Positions 53,601-64,000 of a stretch of 64,000 bases of DNA are shown here, piece by piece (position 1 is the stretch's first letter; every line of letters begins with the position of its first letter). The DNA comes from Octopus vulgaris (Eukaryota): positions 99,882,001-99,946,000 of the forward strand of contig OX597819.1 of NCBI GenBank assembly GCA_951406725.2, given 5' to 3'. The notes under the pieces were generated by a model. The model made no database searches and had not been told where the DNA came from. It saw only the letters and a program-made list of their open reading frames with translations. A program made the position numbers and the translations under genes.

Positions 53601-53712
53601 TAGTCACAAAGGGTGATGAGGAACACTACGTCCATCGATCGTTCTCAGTGAACCTGTCAAGAACAGGTGGTCACAGTTACTGAAACATCAAAAGTCAGTT
53701 TCGTGATTTTTG
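53601..53712 (+). ncRNA. Degenerate type I hammerhead-like motif
   Basis: GTGATGA (C3 mutated) at 53613-53619, GAAAC at 53682, GTC at 53694-53696. Helix I remnant GTCACAAA/TTTCGTGAT. About 60 nt of structured helix II. Confidence 0.35.
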
Positions 53713-54487
53713 TTACATCCATTGTATTCACAGCGTTAATCAGCAAATACATCTACCAAAATATATAAATGTGTGTCAGTTGAGCAAGTAACAACACCTC
53801 TAATACAAATCCAATAGAAATTATTTCTAACATAACCAGTGCACCAGAAAATCGGTAAATAAAATACCGCACGACATTTTGTCCGGCATTATAAGGATTC
53901 AGCGAATTCACATGCCTTTAATAATAACCTCTACGTTATCTAACGAAAAAAATACTGAATTTTACTTTATCAACAACTAACCCGATATATTCGACCCCAA
54001 AGTTTCAATTGAGTATATGATATCGCTGAATATTGGAACCCGTTGCAAATCTAATGTTTGGTAGATTCTTATCATTTGAACACGCTATTCTAAAACTTCG
54101 CGCCTGACATTCAATAAATGGTCAGCATCACATTGAAGTCTCAATAATAAAGTACGGAATTTAATCGATTACATTTGATATCTAAAGGTCTTTTATTCTA
54201 TGAATATTTCGATACTGAATGGCAAAAACTTGACATTTTCAGAACTTACATTGTCCTGAAAAATTCCAAAGATATCTCTAGGACGTTGTTATAACATTCA
54301 TACAGTTTATAACTTCAGCTGGAACTATTTACTTTAAGAAATAATTCAAAAAGAAAACGAGAATACAAACATTCTTTATCAAATGGAAGCAAAAGAAAAT
54401 CAATAACTTCATGTGTTAGGGATCATTATAGCATTTCTATGCATATAAGAAATATGCATATGTGTGTGTGAGTGTGTAATGTACGTT

Positions 54488-54524
<37 letters not shown>

Positions 54525-54641
54525 ATATATATATTCATATATATGTGTGTGTATGTATGTATATATGTATACACATAATCATACAAACATATGTACACCA
54601 CACACATATACAAGTATGTGAACATATATATATATATACAA

Positions 54642-54709
<68 letters not shown>

Positions 54710-54893
54710 AGATGTGCATCATGTAACGATATAAATATGGACTACAGAAACCTAGATAGATTAAACTATATACCCATATGCATTATATTATAAATTCCTT
54801 CTATTCACGAATAAACTTACACAACTATGATTGTTATATGCAACCTGCATATATTCAGTATATGTGGATGCATATCTGTATGCACAGATACAG

Positions 54894-54935
<42 letters not shown>

Positions 54936-55162
54936 GTATATCTTGATGAACACACAAAGCTGTAAGGATGGTTTATTGCAGAAACATAGTGAGCAATTTA
55001 TAAACATAAATCCCAAACACGCAAATACTGAATGTTTGATAACATTTTGACTTTAAAGGAGCAAATAGAAAGGAAGGAAGAAAGAAACGAAAGTTAGAAA
55101 CAGAAAGGCAGTGTGTGTGTGAGAGAGAAGGGAGAATGGAGAGTGATAGAGAGAGAAAGAAA

Positions 55163-55197
<35 letters not shown>

Positions 55198-55365
55198 ACT
55201 CTTGTCCTTGTGTTCAGCCGTTACCACAAACTGCATGGTTTGCAATAAAACGTATTGTATAATGAAAAGATAAGGTCGAAGCCCGTTACTTGTAACCTTA
55301 GGGTGAAAGAAAAAGAAGTCGAAGAAGAAGAAAAGAGAAGATGAAGGTGGAAGAAGATGAAGATG

Positions 55366-55554
55366 GAAGAAGAAGAAGAAGAAAAAGAAGAAGAAGAAGA
55401 AGAAGAAGAAGAAGAAGAAGAAGAAGAAGAAGAAGAAGAAGAAGAAGAAGAAGAAGAAGAAGAAGAAGAAGAAGAAGAAGAAGAAGAAGAAGAAGAAGAA
55501 GAAGAAGAAGAAGAAGAAGAAGAAGAAGAAGAAGAAGAAGAAGAAGAAGAAGAA
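55366..55554. repeat. Nearly pure (GAA)n microsatellite (~60 units)
   Basis: Direct inspection. Confidence 0.95.
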
Positions 55555-55664
55555 GCGTTATGGAAATGAGTTGGAGGAAGTAAAGATGAAGGGATAAAGG
55601 ACGAGTAAAATAGAAAATAAAAGCGAAAGTAAAGAAGATAAATATTAAGAAGAATGAAAAGATC

Positions 55665-55700
<36 letters not shown>

Positions 55701-56224
55701 AGCAGCAGCAGCATCTACAAATACCAAACATTAGTGTGCGGTGGCTATTAGCAGTAGAAACAGTTGCTACATGTAAAAAAACGCATAGCAATAACATAAG
55801 TTATAACTTTGGAAAATATCACACACATAGATATGATACGCACGTTCGTACGTACGTACGTCCGTATGTATGTATGTATGTATGTATGTATGTATGTATG
55901 TATGTATGTATGTATGTTTGTAAGCACACACACACACACAACCACATAATCATACATTTGTATGGATGTAATAAGAAACGATGAAGGAAGTTCAGAAATG
56001 AGTGAAACGACAAGGTGGATAAGAAAAAGTGGAATTTGAAAGAAAACTTCGTGGTGCGTTCTGTATTAAAAAGAATTGTTATGAGAAAATGGTAAACGGT
56101 CATAAATAACGATAATAACTATCAATTTCATCATAATAGGAATAATGGTAATAATAATGATAACGATGACAACATGAACAACAATAACAACAACGGCGAC
56201 GACGACGACGGTGACGTCGACGAC

Positions 56225-56268
<44 letters not shown>

Positions 56269-56294
56269 CGATGATGATAATAATAATAATAATA

Positions 56295-57270
56295 ATTATA
56301 ATTAAAAAAATGATCTCAACTGATTGGAAGTGTCATCATGTACATTGTTTTGTCTTGGTATAAAAGATGGACTACAGCAAATATTTTGCTCAGTACCAGA
56401 GATTTGCTTGTCACTTGCTTGACCTTAACCAGTTGAGCATGTCCCTTGGTGGCTGATGATATGTGCATCTCTGATCACAAGCAGAAGTAGCCATGTGTTT
56501 AGAGGGATTCTTTGGGATTTGAATAATTAACCGTTCAACGTCCTTAAACAACCCTTATTCAGGGACCTTTTGAGCGGGATGGGTTACTCGATCTGAAGAA
56601 AATTCCAACTGGGCTCCACCTGCAAGGTCATGTGCTGTTTATCTTGATATGAGATCACCATGTCGCGCACATATGGTTGTGATGCATGTGCCTGGTGTAC
56701 CCTTATCAGACGGGTAGTCATGATGGGTATACTGGGTTTCGTATATTTTACCCCAGTGTCACTTTGATGGCATGCTCTGCTCGCTCACTCAATAATAATA
56801 ATAATTATAATTAAAAAAATGATCTCAACTGATTGGAAGTGTCATCATGTACATTGTTTTGTCTTGGTATAAAAGATGGACTACAGCAAATATTTTGCTC
56901 AGTACCAGAGATTTGCTTGTCACTTGCTTGACCTTAACCAGTTGAGCATGTCCCTTGGTGGCTGATGATATGTGCATCTCTGATCACAAGCAGAAGTAGC
57001 CATGTGTTTAGAGGGATTCTTTGGGATTTGAATAATTAACCTCTGGAAACATGGGTGGTTCTTTCAACATCCTTAAACAACCCTTATTCGGGGACCTTTT
57101 GAGCGGGATGGGCTACTCAACCTGAAGAAAATTCCAGCTGGGCCCCACCTGCAAGGTCATGTGCTGTTTATCTTGATATGAGATCACCATGTCGCGCACA
57201 TATGGTTGTGATGCATGTGCTTAGTGTACCCTTACCAGATGGGTAGTCATGATGGGTATACTGGGCTTCG

Positions 57271-57273
<3 letters not shown>
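56295..57273 (+). mobile_element. Tandem pair (period 509 nt) of the (TAA)n-embedded element
   Basis: TGATCTCAACTGATTGG at 56311 and 56820; (AAT)n at all junctions. Confidence 0.9.
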
Positions 57274-57327
<54 letters not shown>

Positions 57328-57329
57328 TT

Positions 57330-58800
57330 CTTGATTGGCTACAGGGGTCCTCAAAAACATTTAGGACAAATCAAAGCCAAAGGAGACTGGAGATTTACAT
57401 AAAAAATTTGTAAACATTAAGAAGCAATTAACAAGAATATTTTAACTATAAAATGCCTCAAGCTTAGTAAGGTGGAAACACCAAGGGATCTCACAGTTGT
57501 CAATTCCTCATACTCATCAGGGGGACCATGGCAAGTGCTCCTTTCTCCTCCACACTACTCAGCGTACATGCGTTAGTTTACTGTAGGCCCAACACTCGTA
57601 CCATCCTCTCTACATTCACCTTTGTTTTTCATCAAATTTACTGCGGGAAACACAACTCTCTCAACATTCACCGTTTTCAAATGGACTTTAACCAATTTGA
57701 TGAGAGCTTGGCCGAAGAGCAAAAGTCTCTGCTTTCTGTTGTTCCAGCCTCATCTATCAAATAATGTATTTTGCTATAGCCACTACACTGATGGAAACTG
57801 CGAACCCAATCCAGTCAAAAGAAGGCGGCAGAGGGATCTCGATGGTGAAATCAGCTGATATCTGGATCAATCCTACACGTGATAACCACTGTTAGACATC
57901 ACTCCACAATTTAGCAATGTTCGAACATAGTACGAGTGCGTGCAGGACGGTTACGTCTCTCTGCGCGCATCTTGAGCTTGCGTAGCTTAAAGCAAAGACC
58001 TCCTACCCAGCCCACCAGTAGCAGTGCCAGTTCAGAGATTTCTAGAAACCATTAAGACCAGCCAGTTGATTTTCGTTGACACCCTGAGTTTACCCAAGAA
58101 TGTCATCGCTTTACCCACCATTAATCTTATGTATAACACCGTAGTGGAACATCTACCAGCCTCATTGTCCGACTAGCGGAGTTTGTGAGTACCTGATGGC
58201 ACTCATGGGTCAGGAACCCTTTCTCGGACTACGCTTGATTCAGCACTGCAACCCTATCAAAGAGACGAGCTACACCAAAGCGCATGTAACAAACGGTGGC
58301 AACGCCAGATTACTGTCAAGGAAAAGCAGGAGATGATATAGCCTCCCTCAGCACGTCTGCGCATCATCGGGCACGCCATACCCAATCCTCCATGCACCGA
58401 ATGTTGACACAAAATGGATAGCAGAACGCATTTCCTATACAGAAAACAGAAGAATAAGTACACCATGAATGTTAGCCGTGAAGTTGTTGTGTGGGTGCCC
58501 CAAGACGATGAAGTAGGCTAGCCCAAAACGTAGATATAGAAAGAGAAGTCTAGACATCGGAACGTGCGATATAACAGTGGCGATGAAGGTGAGATGCACA
58601 CACAGCCACTGTGTAGTATTGCGATATAACAGAAGTGAGGGGCGGTATGGCGGTCAATCTGTAATTCATCACGCAAGATATCACTATGGCCCTCTTTTGC
58701 AACAGTGGCTCTAGATTCAATATGTGCAGAAAGGAAGAAAGAGATCACTCGCGACGGTTTGATCGTATGATATTGAACGATTCCGACAGGTGGTTATTCA
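57330..58800 (-). mobile_element. Degenerate L1/Tx1-like LINE ORF2 3' region
   Basis: ILCQHSVHGGLGMACP (GGLG motif) and GQALIKLVKVHLK..VERVV. Confidence 0.6.
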
Positions 58801-59005
58801 CTCTGACAACTTGACAGAATGTAGCTATATATTGCAGCAATCTAATTGCTTCTAATTGTAGCATAATGCCAGAAAATGTTACGGGTATTTATTTTATCGA
58901 TGAAAAGCAAAAGTTGACCTTGGCTGAATCTGAACTCAGAACGAAAGAAACAACCCTAAGCATTTTGTCCGGCGTTTTAACGATTCTGCTAACTCACCGC
59001 CTAGC

Positions 59006-59119
<114 letters not shown>

Positions 59120-59161
59120 AATGATGATGACGATGATGACGATGATGACGATGATGACGAC

Positions 59162-59192
<31 letters not shown>

Positions 59193-59244
59193 ATAATAAT
59201 ATAGTTATAATAATAATGAGGATGATTATAATAAAAATAAAAAA

Positions 59245-59776
59245 TATCCTGATTCAGTTCCAAGCCATGGCTCTCATGGCTTCTCATCTTAACTGACTGG
59301 AAGTGATAACATGTACATTGTCTTGGTATAAAAGATGGGTTACAGCAGATATTCTGCTCAAAACCACAGATTTGCTTGTCAGTTGTTTGAGCTTAATCAG
59401 ATGAGCATGTCCCTTGATGGTTGATGATATGTACCTCTCTGATGACAGGCAGAAGTAGTGGGGGAGCATCATAGCCATGTGTTGAGAGGTATTCTTTGGA
59501 GCTTGGATAATTTACCTTTAGAAACATCTTTAAACAACCGTTATTCAAGGACCATTTGAGCAGCATGGGCTACTCGACCTAAAGAAAGTTCTAACTGGGC
59601 CCCACCTGCAAGGTCATGAGCTGTTTATCTTGATATGAGACCACTATGTCGCGCATATACGGTTGTGACGCATGTGCCTGGTGTACCCTTATTAGACGGG
59701 TAGTCATGATGGGTATACTGGGTTTCATATATTTCACCCCAGTGTCACTATGGTAGCATGCCCTGCTCTCTCACCC
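59245..59776 (+). mobile_element. (TAA)n-embedded ~525-bp non-autonomous element, full length
   Basis: Same 5' boundary (ATCCTGATTCAGTTCC) and the same 3' end CTCTCTCACCC+(AAT)n. Confidence 0.88.
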
Positions 59777-59798
59777 AATAATAATAATGATGATGATG

Positions 59799-59893
<95 letters not shown>

Positions 59894-60448
59894 CCTTTCT
59901 ACTATAGGCACATGGCCTGAAATTTGGGGGAGGGGATAGTCGATTACATCGACCCCAGTACTCAACTGGTACTTAATTTATCGACCCCGAAAGGATGCAA
60001 GGCAAAGTCGACCTTGGCGTAGCGACAGACGAAATACCGCTAAGCATTTCGGCCGGTGTGCTATATATTCTTCCACCAGCAAGTTGTGTAACCAATGCAT
60101 TACACACTCAATATTATTACATATATTATTATTGCAAGCAGTAATACAATAAAAGACCGCAACACACCCAAAAGAAAGAAAAAAAATTACGCAATACAAT
60201 ACCGGGAAGAGTTTCCACTCTTCTGACAACAGAAAAGAAAGCACAATGCTGCGCACACCCCAGCAACACGGCGGTGTAGCAGGTGATGCAGTAGAAAATT
60301 GCCTGAAACTACCAAATTTTGAGCAATTACATAATAATGATGATGATGATGATGATATAGATGCGGTGCTCGGACGCCTCTGTGCTGAGGAATGTGTTGT
60401 GCCTCAGAGCTGCGTGCAGGAGCTGAGGCTGTAAACGATCTATGTGTG

Positions 60449-60737
60449 GAAGAAGAAGAAGAAGAAGAAGAAGAAGAAGAAGAAGAAGAAGAAGAAGAAG
60501 AAGAAGAAGAAGAAGAAGGATGAGGATGATGATGATGAGGAGGAGGAGGTAAAGGAGGAGGTGAAGTAGGAGGAGATAGAGGAGGAGGTGGAACAGGTGG
60601 AGGTGGAGGGGGAGGGGGAAAAGGAGGAGGGGAGGAGAAGATGGAGGAGGTGGTGGAACACGTGGATGTGGAGGAGGAGGTGGAGGAAGAGGAGAAGAAA
60701 GTGGAACAGGTGGATGTGGAGGAGGAGGTGGAGAGGA
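60449..60737. repeat. (GAA)n/(GGA)n purine-rich low-complexity tract
   Basis: Direct inspection. Confidence 0.9.
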
Positions 60738-60947
60738 TTAAAAAAATAATAATTAGATGCAAGTACTCGAAGATATTAGGAATAGTATGACCTTCAGGAT
60801 ACTACAGTGCAGTGGAAGTTCACCTAGAAATGATCAAACGAAGAAAGAAAATTCAAATTTCCTTAGTTGACGTTCACAAACAATTGTTAGCCAGTAGCTT
60901 GTACCAGTTTTGCAAACCTATTATATATAGTCGTTAGCAGACATTAA

Positions 60948-62400
60948 CCATTTCGTACCGCTCTATTCATGTTGCCTCGGTGGCATATCTAGATTATGAC
61001 AGAAGGCTGGTTAAAATTTTCAACAAATTAAACTGCGCCAACATGAAATTAAGTGATTTGATTAAAGATACAATGCGACACAGTGTCCAGTAATCAAACT
61101 CACAACCCTGTGTAGCAGCCCAAATCACAAGCAGGTCATTCTCTTTATGTACAATCCCAACCACCATTTGCATTTCAGATGCTGTTATCAGCTTTTCGCA
61201 GCGCTGCATATTTTATGCCAATAGTTGTAGTAGGCTGTCGATGAAGGCATTAAAATTCTGTACCGACTTTGAGTGAATGCTCATCCTGAGAAATTTGACA
61301 AAATGTATTTGGAAAACCGCTGAATATCTCTTCGGAAGCGAACAACGTACACCTGTTGTTCCAGGCTATCAAAACTGTCATGCTTCTGCAAACCGATCTT
61401 ACCCGAATCTTTTTCGATACTCCGTGTCTTAGGACATGTGCACTAGCCCTGACAAAGCAGCCCTCATGTTTCGCTATGAAGTGGACGACAACCATTCCCT
61501 CCGCAAGAATGTTGGCTTCGAGCCTTTCTTACTCGCCCTTTCTTTGCTAAATCTTATCGAATTTCACTTCATTCGCTCTTTTTGTGGGGAGCTCCCACAC
61601 CAGTTATTGATGGTCGCTCATGTCAACAGCTGTATAACTGGTTCGCTAATCCTTTCACTGTTGGCTTTGGGCTAGGAGAACAAGATATTTATTTCCTGTA
61701 GCCAGATGCTTGTTCTGGTCTTATTTAAGTCAATCATCCATTGTAGTCCATTTAAGCTACCAGCTGAAACTGCAAATACCCAAAACTAGCTCTGTCCGCT
61801 GACCTAAAAATATACGCTAAATAGATCTCATTTAGATGACCCAACGCTGCTTTATACCTAGAATGGTGCACTCGGAAAAATTCAATTAATATCTGTCAGA
61901 GTTTCGGAAATGCTTTCGCTGCTGTTCACATTAAATTCCATCAACTTGCTGTCCGGATCCAGTTAGATCGTCCTTACCTGAAACAGTACTATAAGTCCAC
62001 CTTTTCACTCTTGACCGACGAACAAATGCGTATACGAAGACTGGTGTGAAGGAATGTGTCTTGAAAATCTTATTGTTCTCCTGATGTCGCTGAGGTAGTG
62101 ACCTGAGGCCACGAACATTTATACCTTATACTTTGGGTACGGCCATGTATACTGGAAAAAAAGATAAGTAATCTATTTTTTGCAGTCGGCATAATTGGAA
62201 AATTTTTCCTGAAATATTTTGTCTGCTATTACATTTCAGAATCTTAGGTCTTTTGAGAACTTGCTCTTCAGTGGTATGTAAACGATATAGGCATTCTCAA
62301 TGGATGGCGGTTTGAAATTGATTTCCTTTAAGTATTTCCTGTTATTCTGTGCTATACAAGCCTACATCCCCTTATTACTCTTTTGATTTTGATGTTCAAC
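60948..62400 (-). mobile_element. Possible very old piggyBac-like remnant
   Basis: TTAA|CCATTTCGTACC terminus. Minus-strand remnants FQY...PKY-GI and AVDMSDH, plus a Cys-containing C-terminal stretch. Confidence 0.3.
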
Positions 62401-63603
62401 TCGTCACTCAGAACGGGTGACATCAGCCTCTACATATCTATCTATATATCTATCTTTGGTGACACGTGTCAACTTCATCTTTGTCAGCCGCCGATGCAAA
62501 TAAGATGGAACAAGAATAAAATCCACAAAATGATGTGGAGTCTATTGTTGCTCTCAGATAAGATTGGACCAAACATCTCAAAACATCCTTTACGTGTGAC
62601 GAAGGTTTTCTGCCCCTATGCATACTACAAATACCTCTCAACTTATATATATTTTTATCTTTCAAATCCTACTTTTCAGACCCATGCTTTCGTATGTGAA
62701 ATTGCATGTTGCGACGGTTTTGACCGTATCAAGGGGCGCGACTAGAGACATTTCTGTCTTGTTCGGCTTCCTTTTCTAGTTCATGGTATCAACGGTTCTG
62801 GTCACTTTGCTGAAATTTGCTTCCTCATGAACGCAATGGATATGTTGCTGTTCGTTGTCGTAGCGGAAATAGTGGTGGTGGTGGTGGTGACAGTACTGCT
62901 ACTTCTCTTCCTTCTTAATTGACTTTGTAGCGGCAATGGTTGTCTCTAATTAAAAGTATCAACGGATTCTTAGGTTGTCAGATAAATTCATTCATTTTTT
63001 ATTTATTTTAAATTTTTCTACTTCGCACTCGATCGTCATATGTCTGAGAAAAAGTAGAATTTATTCAAATTTGAAAAGTGAATAACCTAATTTGAAAAAG
63101 AAACATAAATCACTATGTTAAAAGTATATTTCGTATTAATTCAAATAACATTGAAAAGGATTAAACCATGAACAAAAGAGGAAATTTATTTGAGAAACCA
63201 ATAAATGACAAGGAATAACTCACCAGCACATCCAAATATTCCTCGAACTACATACATGTATGTATGTATGTATGTATGTATGTATGTATGTATGTATGTA
63301 TGTATGTATGTGTGTGTGTGTATGAATTTGTGTCTATGTTTGTGCCCGCATCATCAGCCGACAACCGAACTTGGTGTCTTCACGTAATCTAACGGTTCGG
63401 CAGAAAAGAATAATAGAATAAGTACTAGGCTTACAAAGAATAAGTCCTGGGGGTCGATAGATTTAAGGCGGTGCTCCAGCATGGCTGCAGTCAAATTGAC
63501 TGAGCAAGTAGAAGAATGTATTGTGTGCATTTCTGATTGCGTAACATGATCAAGGAAAGTGATTACATTATATTTGCATTGAGAGTTAGCAACTTATCAA
63601 ATA

Positions 63604-64000
63604 TAGGCGCAAGAGTGGCTCTGTGGTAAGTAGCTTACTTACCAAACCACATGGTTCCGGGTTCAGTCCCACTGCGTGGCATCTTGGGCAAGTGTCTTCT
63701 GCTATAACCCCGGGCCGACCAATGCCTTGTGAGTGGATTTGGTAGACGGAAACTGAAAGAAGCCTGTCGTATATATGTATATACATATATGTATGTGTGT
63801 GTATATGTTTGTGTGTCTGTGTTTGTCCCCCTAGCATTGCTTGACAACCGATGCTGGCGTGTTTACGTCCCCGTAAATAAGCGGTTCGGCAAAAGAGATC
63901 CGATAGAATAAGTACTGGGCTTACAAAAAATAAGTCCCGGGGTCGATTTGCTCGACTAAAAGGCGGTGCTCCAGCATGGCCGCAGTCAGATGACTGAAAC
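63604..64000 (+). mobile_element. SINE family A (runs off window end)
   Basis: AGGCGCAAGAGTGGCTCTGTGG...GGTTCAGTCCC A/B boxes and an internal microsatellite. A second partial copy lies at 63320-63515. Confidence 0.9.

Noticed and set aside
56445-56500. CTGATGA box in the (TAA)n-embedded element as a hammerhead
   Set aside because: No GAAA box or helices in the required positions.
60240-60445. CpG-containing stretch with a small CTGAGG/CCTCAG hairpin as promoter or ncRNA
   Set aside because: No diagnostic motif and no associated gene visible.

Overview
AT-rich eukaryotic DNA, very dense in microsatellites and retroelements. The repeat landscape resembles an octopus or other coleoid cephalopod genome (inference). 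The only supportable host gene is the 3' part of a + strand serine beta-lactamase-family (peptidase S12/CubicO-like) gene. Its three phase-compatible exons (21793-22050, 28872-29131, 33055-33893) encode the YxN and HxG motifs, a DUF3471-like domain and a GPI-signal-like C-terminus; the SxxK exon was not found in the window. The rest is R4/Dong-like REL-endonuclease LINE fragments nested in (TAA)n, L1/Tx1-like LINE ends, three tRNA-headed SINE families, a ~525-bp (TAA)n-embedded non-autonomous element, Helitrons, mariners, MITE/foldback elements and Penelope-like remnants. Most notable observations: (1) a well-paired type I hammerhead ribozyme motif with an unusually long helix II, sense to the gene and upstream of the first visible exon (20911-21060), plus several degenerate relatives; (2) a cryptic in-frame splice acceptor that would turn an (ACC/ACT)n microsatellite into an 87-aa poly-Thr insert; (3) inverted repeats bracketing exons. 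Repeat boundaries are approximate unless a target-site duplication (TSD) or terminal motif is quoted.
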